A stretch of DNA of 64,000 nt from an uncultured Enterococcus sp. (lineage in GTDB: Bacteria > Bacillota > Bacilli > Lactobacillales > Enterococcaceae). Location: assembly GCF_913775425.1 (NCBI RefSeq), contig NZ_CAJYIS010000039.1, positions 754-64,753 of the forward strand, given 5' to 3'. Below the pieces are notes generated by a model, which was given only the letters and a program-made list of their open reading frames with translations, had not been told where the DNA came from and ran no database searches. The position numbers and the translations under genes were made by a program. Shown piece after piece: positions 51,339-60,480 of this stretch (position 1 is its first letter; each line of letters starts with the position of its first letter).

Positions 51339-51974
51339 CTAGACCCACTCCACCGTTTCTAAAATTTTGGTAGCAATCACGTGATGACCAGCTGGTGTTG
51401 GATGGACACCATCTTCTCCTGTATAATATTTTGCTTTGCTTGTTAATGCTAGTTGTGTAAAGTAGCCATCTAAAGCGATGAATTCGCATGAAAATTCTTT
51501 AGCTAGTTGGCGGACGATTTGGATCTTAGGATCTAAAGATGCTCGCCAATTCGCTCGATCGCTTGGTTCATGTAGTACAAACGGTTCTAAAATCAAAATC
51601 GTTTTTGTTACTTGTTGCAATTTTGTCAACAATGTTCGGTATTCCGCTTCAAATCGTTTGGTTTGCTTGGGATCCAGAAAATCTGCATCCTCGACGTGAT
51701 GCCAAACATCATTGATCCCAATCAACAATACGATCGCATCTGGAGCTAGTTGTGCACAATCAACGTCGAATCGTTCGATTAAATCTTGGATCTGATCGCC
51801 ACTGATTCCGCGATTTAGACTTTCCAATTCATACTCAGGTTTTGCGGCTTGCAAAGCAGCATTGACCAATAGAGGAAATCCCTTGCCAAGGTCAAAAAAA
51901 TCGGTGCGATCACGCCCTACGTCTGTAATGCTATCCCCAAAAAATAAAATACGATCTTGTTTCGCTAATTTCAT
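51339..51974 (-). CDS. SGNH/GDSL hydrolase
   Basis: GDSITD, NRGISGD, GIND, DGVHP. Start corrected to ATG 51974 behind AAGGAGG. Confidence 0.92.
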   Translation of the reverse strand: MKLAKQDRILFFGDSITDVGRDRTDFFDLGKGFPLLVNAALQAAKPEYELESLNRGISGDQIQDLIERFDVDCAQLAPDAIVLLIGINDVWHHVEDADFLDPKQTKRFEAEYRTLLTKLQQVTKTILILEPFVLHEPSDRANWRASLDPKIQIVRQLAKEFSCEFIALDGYFTQLALTSKAKYYTGEDGVHPTPAGHHVIATKILETVEWV

Positions 51975-52037
51975 ATCTATTCCTCCTTTAGTAATCAATC
52001 TGCTACCATTCTAGCACTCTTATGCTTTTTTGCGTAT

Positions 52038-52066
52038 AAAAAAAGAAGATCTTTAAAAGATCTTCT
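52038..52066 (-). terminator. Terminator after the cst operon
   Basis: AGAAGATCTT-TAA-AAGATCTTCT with A-tract. Confidence 0.7.
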
Positions 52067-52074
52067 AATCAAAA

Positions 52075-52371
52075 TTATTGTTCTAAATGACCGGTATAAG
52101 CTGAAGTACCACCCATAACGTTGATCACATCAAATCCCTGATCGGCTAAGTATGCACAAGCTTGTGCAGAACGTCCACCGGATTGGCAGATAATATAATA
52201 TTCTGCTTCATCATCCATATCTGTAATCTGTGTCGCCAATTCACTTAGCGGTTTATTGATCGCTTTTGGTACATGACCGTTTGCAAACTCGTCTCGTTCA
52301 CGCACATCGATCACTTGGATGTCTTTCTTTAATTCTTGGTCAAATTCTGGCATTGAGATAGATCTATACAT
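52075..52371 (-). CDS. Rhodanese-domain sulfurtransferase
   Basis: IDVRE..EF..GH.P.A, ICQSGGRS. Confidence 0.92.
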   Translation of the reverse strand: MYRSISMPEFDQELKKDIQVIDVRERDEFANGHVPKAINKPLSELATQITDMDDEAEYYIICQSGGRSAQACAYLADQGFDVINVMGGTSAYTGHLEQ

Positions 52372-54013
52372 AATCGATTTCCTCCGGTTTCACTGTTTGA
52401 TATAAGGCGTAGGCGCCATCTAAATTTTTCACATCGAAGTTTGCTTGTTTCAGCATCCGCTCTGCAATATAACTTCTAAGTCCACTATGACAGCTTACAA
52501 TGTATGTTTTGGTTTTGTCTAGTGTTTGGATTTTTTCACGCAATTGATCCAACGGGATATATTCTGCTTGTTTAAAACGTCCTTTTGCTACTTCACTAGG
52601 ATTACGAACATCAAGTAAAATAGCTCCCGCTTTTAAATAATCGTCAAGTTCATACCACTGAATCGATTGACTGATTCCTTCTGCTAAATTGATTGCTGCG
52701 TAACCTAGCATATTCACAGGATCCTTAGCTGACCCAAATGGTGGTGCATAGGTCAGTTCTAACTCCGGCAAGTCAAAGATCGTTAAACCACCTTTAATAG
52801 CTGTCGCTAAGATATCGATTCGTTTATCGACTCCCTTTTGCCCAATTCCTTGCGCTCCGTAGATCATTCCGGTATATCGATCAAACACTAACTTTAATCG
52901 TATATCCGTCGCTCCAGGATAGTAACCAGCATGGTCTTTGCCACTGACATGGACGACAGAAACATCAAAACCAGCTTGTTTAGCAGCACGTTCACTAATC
53001 CCCGTTGAAGCGGCGGTTTGATTGAATACTCGTACGATCGCCGTCCCGATACTTCCTTGATTGATTCGATCTAACCCTGAGATGACATCTGCAACTTGTC
53101 GCCCTTGACGATTGGCTGGTGAGGCTAGAGAAATCAAAGATGCTTCATGTGTAATTTGATGGTTCACAAGAATCGCATCTCCTACAGCAAAAATGTCTTT
53201 AGCACTTGTTTGATAGTGTTCATCGACTATGATTCCATCTCTCACCCCTAACGCAAGATTAGCTTGTTTGGCTAATTCACTCGCAGGAGTGACCCCGACA
53301 GAAAGTAGTGTCAAATCAGAATTAAGGACTTTGCCTGAACTTAAATGAATCTGTTTTCCTTCATTAGAAAATGCTGTTGCTGAATCAGCGGTCAATACCG
53401 TCACACCATTTGCAATCAATTCGTTTTTGATATAAGCGGCCATTTCTTCATCAAGTGGCGGTAAGACATGTGGTGCTTGCTCGACGATCGTTACGTTGAG
53501 TCCGCGTTTGCTTAAATTTTCGGCCATTTCTAATCCAATAAAACCAGCGCCAATCACCACAGCTTCTTTCGTTTCAGTCGTTATCCCTGCCATCAAACGA
53601 TCTAGATCAGGTACATTACGCAAACTATACGTATTTTTTGTTTGTTCAATTCCTGAAATCGGTGGGATAAATGGTTTCGCTCCAGGAGAGAGAATCAATT
53701 TATCATACGTTTCTTTAAATTCACCTTGTGCATTGCGTACAGTTACCGTGTGCTCTTTTGATGAGATCGCCACGACTTCATGTTCTGGTCGCACATCAAG
53801 ATCAAATCGCGTTTTCAAACTTTCTGGTGTTTGCACAAGTAATTTCTCACGACGATCGATTTCTCCAGATACGTAGTAAGGTAAGCCACAATTTGCAAAT
53901 GAAACATACGGCCCCTTCTCAAAAATAATGATCTCAGCAGATTCGTTTAAACGACGCAAACGGGTTGCAGCTGACATTCCACCAGCTACTCCGCCAATAA
54001 TAATGATTTTCAT
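52364..54013 (-). CDS. CoA-disulfide/persulfide reductase with rhodanese domain (CoADR-RHD, CoAP-like)
   Basis: GGVAGGMSAA, SFANCGLPY, YAPPF, C-terminal SCHSGLRS. Confidence 0.93.
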   Translation of the reverse strand: MKIIIIGGVAGGMSAATRLRRLNESAEIIIFEKGPYVSFANCGLPYYVSGEIDRREKLLVQTPESLKTRFDLDVRPEHEVVAISSKEHTVTVRNAQGEFKETYDKLILSPGAKPFIPPISGIEQTKNTYSLRNVPDLDRLMAGITTETKEAVVIGAGFIGLEMAENLSKRGLNVTIVEQAPHVLPPLDEEMAAYIKNELIANGVTVLTADSATAFSNEGKQIHLSSGKVLNSDLTLLSVGVTPASELAKQANLALGVRDGIIVDEHYQTSAKDIFAVGDAILVNHQITHEASLISLASPANRQGRQVADVISGLDRINQGSIGTAIVRVFNQTAASTGISERAAKQAGFDVSVVHVSGKDHAGYYPGATDIRLKLVFDRYTGMIYGAQGIGQKGVDKRIDILATAIKGGLTIFDLPELELTYAPPFGSAKDPVNMLGYAAINLAEGISQSIQWYELDDYLKAGAILLDVRNPSEVAKGRFKQAEYIPLDQLREKIQTLDKTKTYIVSCHSGLRSYIAERMLKQANFDVKNLDGAYALYQTVKPEEIDYV

Positions 54014-54014
54014 T

Positions 54015-54326
54015 TTATTTTCCTCCTACAACTCTTCCCGACCATTGTCGCATACCCCCGCGGATATTTATGACATCATAGCCTTTCTTTTTGAGTATTT
54101 TTGCAGCTTGTTTACTACGCATGCCCGACTGACAAATGACATAGAGTTCAGATTCTTTCCCTTGATACTGCGAAATATTGGCTAGTGGAACATTTTTAGC
54201 TTGGCGAATATGACCTGTTTTAAATTCACTTGGATTACGAACATCCAGTAATACCAACTGATTGAGATTTTGTTGTGCCAATTCTTTTGTTGAGATACTT
54301 TTTCCTTGTTTAAATAATGAAAACAT
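54015..54326 (-). CDS. Rhodanese-domain sulfurtransferase
   Basis: LDVR.P.EF..GHI..A, ICQSGMRS. Confidence 0.92.
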   Translation of the reverse strand: MFSLFKQGKSISTKELAQQNLNQLVLLDVRNPSEFKTGHIRQAKNVPLANISQYQGKESELYVICQSGMRSKQAAKILKKKGYDVINIRGGMRQWSGRVVGGK

Positions 54327-54352
54327 GTGAATCCTCCTTTTTACGCTTTCTA

Positions 54353-54467
54353 AAATACCTTATAGGGTATTTATAAATGATTTTCTTATTTCTGTCAATC
54401 AATGTGATCTTAACAAGTGATTTAGTGAGTGATTGTTTTTTTTGACTTCTATACATAGGTGGGTATA
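54353..54467. promoter_or_regulatory. Two CsoR/CstR-type operators in a divergent promoter
   Basis: AAATACC-TTATAG-GGTATTT (54353-54372) and TATACATAGGTGGGTATA (54450-54467); the latter overlaps the spacer and -10 of TTGACT-16-TATAAT. Confidence 0.7.
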
Positions 54468-54502
54468 ATCATAAAAGAAAGAAGAGAAAGGTGGAATGCT
54501 TC

Positions 54503-54772
54503 ATGCAAGTCACTCCCGAAGAACAACGAAAAATTTTAAACCGTTTAAAACGAACAGAAGGTCAACTGCGCGGAATCCAGAAAATGATCGAAGATGAAAA
54601 AGAATGTATCGATGTTATTACGCAATTAAGTGCAGTCCGTTCTAGTATCGATCGTACGATGGGATTGATCGTAGCCGAAAATCTAAAAGCTTGTTTAGAG
54701 AATCCGGCAGATGATCCTACCGAGCAAAATGCCAAAATCCAGCAAGCAATCCAAATGATTATGAAAAAATAA
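54503..54772 (+). CDS. cstR: Persulfide-sensing repressor, CsoR family
   Basis: RLKRTEGQLRGIQKMI, ECID and ENLKAC (Asn at the CsoR His site, as in CstR); divergent from rhodanese/CoADR genes. Confidence 0.85.
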   Translation: MQVTPEEQRKILNRLKRTEGQLRGIQKMIEDEKECIDVITQLSAVRSSIDRTMGLIVAENLKACLENPADDPTEQNAKIQQAIQMIMKK

Positions 54773-54948
54773 TGTTATTTTCGTGAAAACAAAAATAGAA
54801 AGAATTCCCTATCACGACAGTTGATACAAGCGTTATTTTAATTCTCTTAAATGTTGTCTTTTCATAGCCTGAAAAAGATATCACTTGTAATTTCTGAGAA
54901 ATAGATTAAAATATAATTATTGTACTTTTTTTAAGATAGGATGATAGG

Positions 54949-56322
54949 ATGACAGAAGAAAAAAAATCTCTCGATCGGGGATTAAAAAATCGTCACGTGC
55001 AGTTGATTGCACTTGGTGGCGCGATTGGTACCGGACTCTTTCTTGGATCAGGACGCTCGATCCAATTAGCTGGACCATCGATTTTAATTGCTTATGCCGC
55101 AGTCGGCATAATGTGTTTTTTGATTATGCGAGCACTCGGAGAATTATTATTATCCGATACCTCAAAGCATTCGTTTATTGATTTTATTGCCAAGTATCTT
55201 GGTGTAAAAGCGGCTTTTGTTACTGGTTGGACGTATTGGTTTTGTTGGGTATCCATCGCGATGGCGGATCTAACAGCAACTGGTACGTACGTGCGTTACT
55301 GGTTTCCTTCAGTGCCAGCATGGATTCCTGAAATTATTATTTTAGCTCTATTGATTGGATTAAACTTAGTTGCAGTAGCGCTATTTGGTGAATTAGAGTT
55401 TTGGTTCTCTTTGATCAAAGTCATTGCCATTATCGCCTTGATCGTCACAGGTGTTGTCTTAATGGTCATCGGCTTTAAAACATCTAAAGGAACAGTCAGT
55501 CTAAGTAATATTTGGAGTTATGGTGGTTTCTTTCCAACTGGTGCCGATGGTTTCTTAAAATCTTTCCAAATGGCGACCTTTGCCTTTGTGGGAATTGAAT
55601 TGGTCGGTCTAGTTGCTGGCGAAACAAAAGATCCTGAAACTGTGATTCCAAAAGCGATCAATAGTTTACCAATCCGTGTCCTTTTGTTCTATATCGGTGC
55701 ATTAGCGGTGATCATGTCGATCTACCCTTGGAATTCACTAAACGCCGATCAAAGTCCTTTCGTAGAAGTATTTGCCGATATCGGAGTGGCAGCTGCTGCA
55801 ACGATCGTTAACTTAGTGGTATTAAGTTCAGCAGCTTCTGCTTGTAACTCGGCGATCTATTCGACAGGACGAATGCTACACTCGCTTTCACGTGAAGGCA
55901 ATGCACCAAGTCGCTATTCAAAATTAACGCGTCATTATGTTCCAGCAGCTGCGATCTTCTTTTCTAGTGCTGTGATCTTGATTGCCGTTATTTTGAATTT
56001 CTTTATGCCGTCACAAGTCTTTACATTGATTACCAGTATCTCGACGATCTGTTTCTTATTTATCTGGTTTATGATCGTATTTGCGCATTTTAAATACCGC
56101 CGCTCAGAAAAACAAGCAGCTAAAAGTAAACCAAAAGCAAAACGGAAATTCCCTATGCCACTTTTTCCTTATACGAGTTATTTGATCGTGGCATTCTTAG
56201 CGTTTATCGTCTTTGTACTCTTCTTACAAGGTGAGACTAGACAAGCTTTATTCTTTGTTCCGATTTGGTTTATCGCTTTGTTAGTGATCTTTGAATGGAA
56301 AATCAAACCAAAATTAAAATAA
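54949..56322 (+). CDS. APC amino acid permease (CycA/AapA-like)
   Basis: RGLKNRHVQLIALGGAIGTGLFLGSG, FGELEFWFSLIKV, SACNSAIYSTGRML. Confidence 0.93.
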   Translation: MTEEKKSLDRGLKNRHVQLIALGGAIGTGLFLGSGRSIQLAGPSILIAYAAVGIMCFLIMRALGELLLSDTSKHSFIDFIAKYLGVKAAFVTGWTYWFCWVSIAMADLTATGTYVRYWFPSVPAWIPEIIILALLIGLNLVAVALFGELEFWFSLIKVIAIIALIVTGVVLMVIGFKTSKGTVSLSNIWSYGGFFPTGADGFLKSFQMATFAFVGIELVGLVAGETKDPETVIPKAINSLPIRVLLFYIGALAVIMSIYPWNSLNADQSPFVEVFADIGVAAAATIVNLVVLSSAASACNSAIYSTGRMLHSLSREGNAPSRYSKLTRHYVPAAAIFFSSAVILIAVILNFFMPSQVFTLITSISTICFLFIWFMIVFAHFKYRRSEKQAAKSKPKAKRKFPMPLFPYTSYLIVAFLAFIVFVLFLQGETRQALFFVPIWFIALLVIFEWKIKPKLK

Positions 56323-56323
56323 T

Positions 56324-56364
56324 AAAAAAGGGGTGTGACAGAAATTCTGTCACACCCCTTTTTT
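56324..56364. terminator. Bidirectional terminator (TGTGACA hairpin family)
   Basis: AAAAAAGGGGTGTGACAGAA-A-TTCTGTCACACCCCTTTTTT. Confidence 0.85.
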
Positions 56365-57773
56365 TATACTAACGCTTCACCATTTGACTGGATCACATTT
56401 TGATACCAGTAATAACTATCTTTTTTGATTCGGCGTAATGCTTTTTCATCTTCGTCTGTGCGATCAATATAGATAAAGCCATAACGCTTTTTAAAACCTT
56501 GATGAGAGCTTAAAAGATCCATCACTGACCAAGGGCAATATCCAAATAATTCCACACCATCTTCGATCGCTAAACGACACGCTTCGATATGTTGACGTAA
56601 ATAATCAATGCGGTAGTCATCATGAATCTTATCGTCTGCAGTCAACTCATCGGCCGTTCCTAAACCATTTTCAGTAATGATCATTGGCAACCGATATTTT
56701 TCATAGTATTCATTTAGCACTAGACGTAACCCCATTGGATCAATCTGTGCGCCATAGGTCGACGCGACTAGATTAGGATTCTTCTCATGTGCAAAATAAC
56801 CGTAAAGATCAAAATCGATCTCATTGACCTTGGTTCCAAACGGATGCACCTCATCTTCAGGTAAATGACGTACCACTAGCGTACGATAATAATTGACTGC
56901 TAAATAGTCAGGTTTCGCAGCTTTAAGTACTGCCTCATCTTCTGCTTCACGTTTTGGAGCGATTCCGGCTTTTTCCAAATAGTACTCATAATACCCAGGG
57001 TAACGGCCATATGTGTACATTTCTAACGCGTAATTGGTTTTAAAATTATCGTTCATTCGCGCTGCCCAAACATCTTCCGGACGATTTGAGGCTGGATAGG
57101 TCATCGTCGAGGAAACAGCTGGTCCGATCTTACTATCTGGTAACAACTTGTGACAAAGATTGGTTACTCGAGCGTGTGCGACAAACATATTGTAATCCAT
57201 TTGCGCACGCACGCTTTCGATTCGTTCTTGTGGTACGTCATACATGTTCATCCGTTCAGGAACACGGATCATCAAATTTTGTTCATTATTGATCTACCAG
57301 TAATGTACTTTTGAACCAAATTCAGTGAAACAAATATTTGCATAACGCTCAAAGGCATCGATACAACGACGGTCTTCCCAACCGTTGTATTTTTCTACTA
57401 AAGCATAAGGAAGATCAAAATGGTATAACGTCACCATCGGCTTGATATTGTGTGCGAGCAATGTATCGACGACATGATGGTAAAAATCAAGGCCAGCTTG
57501 ATTGATCTCACCATCGCCATCTGGAATGATTCGAGCCCAAGAAAAAGAAAAACGATACGTCTTCATCCCAAGTTCTTGCATCAAGGCGATATCTTCTTCA
57601 ACATGATGGTAAAAATCACTAGCAGTCGTCGTGTCAGCTTGTAAATGTGCACGTTGTTGAGCATTGTGATCGGCGACTGTTTTTCCTTTGCCATCTGTGG
57701 CAAAGGCTCCTTCGATTTGAAAAGCTGAGGAAGATGCTCCCCATAAAAAATCTTTTGGAAATACTGTATGCAT
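56364..57773 (-). pseudogene. GH1 6-phospho-beta-glucosidase with in-frame TAG at 57294-57296
   Basis: ORFs 57294..57773 and 56364..57275 share one frame: KVHYW*INNEQNLMIR. FLWGASSSAFQIEG, acid/base NEQ and nucleophile ITENG present; 469 aa when joined. Confidence 0.92.
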
Positions 57774-57779
57774 AAAATC

Positions 57780-59639
57780 CTACTTTCTAACCGTTAATGC
57801 AATATCGGTTTGGTTTACTTGCGCTTGTTCTGGTAATTCAATTAGTGAGAACTCATTCGTATTGGTCACAATAACGATGATCGTATCGTCATACCCTGCT
57901 TCATTGATGACGTTCATGTCGACATTTAGTAAGGCTTGACCACGCTTGACAAGCTCTCCTTGTTTGATAAGCGACTCAAATCCACGACCATCTAGTTCTA
58001 ACGTATCGATTCCCACATGGATCAATAATTCCACACCACTTTCGAGTTTCAACCCGATGGCATGATGGGTCGGTGCCAACGTTACAACTTCAGCATTTTC
58101 TGGCGCATAGATCGTTGCTTGTTCGTGATTTGCTTTGATACCAAAGCCTTTACCCATCGCACCACTTGCAAAAACTTCATCTGGCAAACTAGACAATGCC
58201 ACTAAGGTTCCACTAGTTGGCGCTAATAGATCAACCGCTTCGTCACTAGCTAAGATACGATCAGCCGCATCTTCTTCTGGAATATCTTCAAATCCTAGTA
58301 CAACTGTTAGAATACACGAGCCAAAAAAGGCGATCGCAATCCCTAATAAGTAACAGATAAAGGCTTTCGTCCCGGCTCCTGCATAGACTGGGATCGTCAG
58401 TAATCCTTGATTGGCAAAAGCTGTCCCATAGGAACCGCCCCATCCCATCAACGCTCCTCCTAAAGCACCACTGATCACGGCATAGATCATCGGCGTTTTT
58501 AAGCGTAGGTTCGTTCCATAAATCGCAGGTTCCGTAATACCAAATAGCGCGGTAACGGTAGCGGAAGCAGCGACCGTTTTTAATCCTTTATTTTTCGAAC
58601 GTAAGAAGACACCAAATGCTGCACCTGCTTGGGAGAAATTAGCGGCTCCTGCGAACGCCAAAAGATTTTGACGACCGGTTTGTGCCACATCATTGATCCC
58701 AATCGGAATAATCGCACGATGCGCCCCAAAAATAACCAAGACACACCAGATTCCACCAATAAAGCCTCCTAATAGGATCGGACTGATTCCCATCAATTGG
58801 TAATAGGCCCAGTTGATCGCTTCCCCAATATAGATCCCAATTGGTCCAAAAACGATCAAGGTAGCTGGTACCATCACTAAAAGTGAAAAGGTCGGCACTA
58901 AAATAATTTTTAGCACCTGTGGAATCACTCGATCAAAAAAGCGTTGCACATAGGCTAAACAAAATACCGCAATCAAGATCGGAATAACAGATGAAGTATA
59001 GCTGGCTTTGGTCAGATTCAATCCAAATAACGTAACCGCATCTTCACCAGTCATCAACGTTACAATTGCTGGATAACAAAGAGTTGCCCCAATGATCATC
59101 GCAATAAATTCATTGGTTTTAAAAACTTTTGCCGCAGCATACCCTAAGAAGATCGGTAAGAAATAAAACAACGCATCAGAGGCTGCAAGTAAAATGACAT
59201 AAGTTGTATTGGTCGTAATATCAGTATTGTAAAAAGATTTCATGATCATGACCACAACTGCTAAAATCCCTTTTAACATCCCTGAAGCCGCAATCGCTGG
59301 AATCACCGGAGTAAAGATCGCGGCGACGGTATTCAAAATCTTCGCACCAACTTTTTCTTTCGTTTGACTTGTCGTTGTTTTTTTAGACGCCTCTAACAAT
59401 GGTGAAAGTTCTTGATATACTTTATCGACGTCTTTTTTTAGTACGACTTGGTATTGACCATTACTTTTGACTACGGATAAGACGTACGGTAAAGCTTCTA
59501 ATTTTTCCTTATCTGCATGGGTTTCATCATGTAGATAAAAACGCAATCGTGTAAAGCAATGCGTAACTTCTTTAACATTTTGACTTCCCCCAACATAAGT
59601 CAAAATACTTTTTGCTTGTTCTTTATAAGAATACTCCAT
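57780..59639 (-). CDS. Beta-glucoside PTS EIIBCA
   Basis: HCFTRLRF (EIIB), ALFGITEPAIYG (EIIC), FASGAMGKG, HAIGL, LIHVGIDT (EIIA). Confidence 0.95.
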   Translation of the reverse strand: MEYSYKEQAKSILTYVGGSQNVKEVTHCFTRLRFYLHDETHADKEKLEALPYVLSVVKSNGQYQVVLKKDVDKVYQELSPLLEASKKTTTSQTKEKVGAKILNTVAAIFTPVIPAIAASGMLKGILAVVVMIMKSFYNTDITTNTTYVILLAASDALFYFLPIFLGYAAAKVFKTNEFIAMIIGATLCYPAIVTLMTGEDAVTLFGLNLTKASYTSSVIPILIAVFCLAYVQRFFDRVIPQVLKIILVPTFSLLVMVPATLIVFGPIGIYIGEAINWAYYQLMGISPILLGGFIGGIWCVLVIFGAHRAIIPIGINDVAQTGRQNLLAFAGAANFSQAGAAFGVFLRSKNKGLKTVAASATVTALFGITEPAIYGTNLRLKTPMIYAVISGALGGALMGWGGSYGTAFANQGLLTIPVYAGAGTKAFICYLLGIAIAFFGSCILTVVLGFEDIPEEDAADRILASDEAVDLLAPTSGTLVALSSLPDEVFASGAMGKGFGIKANHEQATIYAPENAEVVTLAPTHHAIGLKLESGVELLIHVGIDTLELDGRGFESLIKQGELVKRGQALLNVDMNVINEAGYDDTIIVIVTNTNEFSLIELPEQAQVNQTDIALTVRK

Positions 59640-59716
59640 ATCTTCCCCTCTTTTCTATCTTCGTAACTGTTTTATCATACTAAATAAACGTTTCAGATAG
59701 ATAGAAATTTGCCTAC

Positions 59717-59745
59717 AAAAAAAGAAGTGGCCTAAGCCACTTCTT
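59717..59745 (-). terminator. Terminator after glpF
   Basis: AAGAAGTGGC-CTAA-GCCACTTCTT with A-tract. Confidence 0.85.
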
Positions 59746-59763
59746 AAAAAGTTCAAAATAAAA

Positions 59764-60480
59764 TCAAATCATTACTTGGAATAATAGTACCGCTACGACT
59801 GCCCCTAAGATCGGGCCTACGATCGGTACCCATGAATATGCCCAATCAGAACTACCTTTATTTTCGATTGGCAAGATAGCATGTGCAATTCTTGGTCCTA
59901 GATCACGAGCTGGATTGATCGCATACCCTGTTGGTCCACCTAATGAAAGACCAGCTGCTAAAATCAAAGCACCAACTGCAAACACATTTGCACCACCTAA
60001 GAATTCAGTTTGCGTAAAGGTCAATAAGCCTAAGATCAACACAAATGTTCCGATCGTTTCAGCAATGACGTTCGACGGATAATGACGAATCGCAGGTCCA
60101 GTTGCAAATGTTCCTAAAATCGCGCCTTGATCCTTCGTTTCTTTCCAATGTGGCAAGTAGAGTAACCAAACTAAAACAGCTCCGACGATCGCTCCAGCTA
60201 CTTGAGCAAGTACAAATGGCAAGACTAAATGCCAAGGCAGTAATCCTGTTAATGCCATTGCGACTGTTACTGCCGGATTTAATTGAGCTGGTCCCATAAA
60301 CCCAACCATAAAGACAGCAATCGTTACGGCCATCGCCCACCCCATGGCAATCACGATCCAACCAGAGTTTTGTGCTTTACTTTTATTTAGATTCACCGCA
60401 GCACATACCCCATCACCTAGTAAAATCAAGATCATCGTTCCAATAAATTCGCCTACGATCTGTGTCATTTCGCCGCTCAT
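59764..60480 (-). CDS. glpF: Glycerol uptake facilitator
   Basis: Two NPA motifs (LNPAVT, INPARD). Confidence 0.96.
   Translation of the reverse strand: MSGEMTQIVGEFIGTMILILLGDGVCAAVNLNKSKAQNSGWIVIAMGWAMAVTIAVFMVGFMGPAQLNPAVTVAMALTGLLPWHLVLPFVLAQVAGAIVGAVLVWLLYLPHWKETKDQGAILGTFATGPAIRHYPSNVIAETIGTFVLILGLLTFTQTEFLGGANVFAVGALILAAGLSLGGPTGYAINPARDLGPRIAHAILPIENKGSSDWAYSWVPIVGPILGAVVAVLLFQVMI

Noticed and set aside
54773-54948. Glycine or other amino-acid riboswitch or CodY box before the permease
   Set aside because: No aptamer consensus found; the best CodY-like match has four mismatches.
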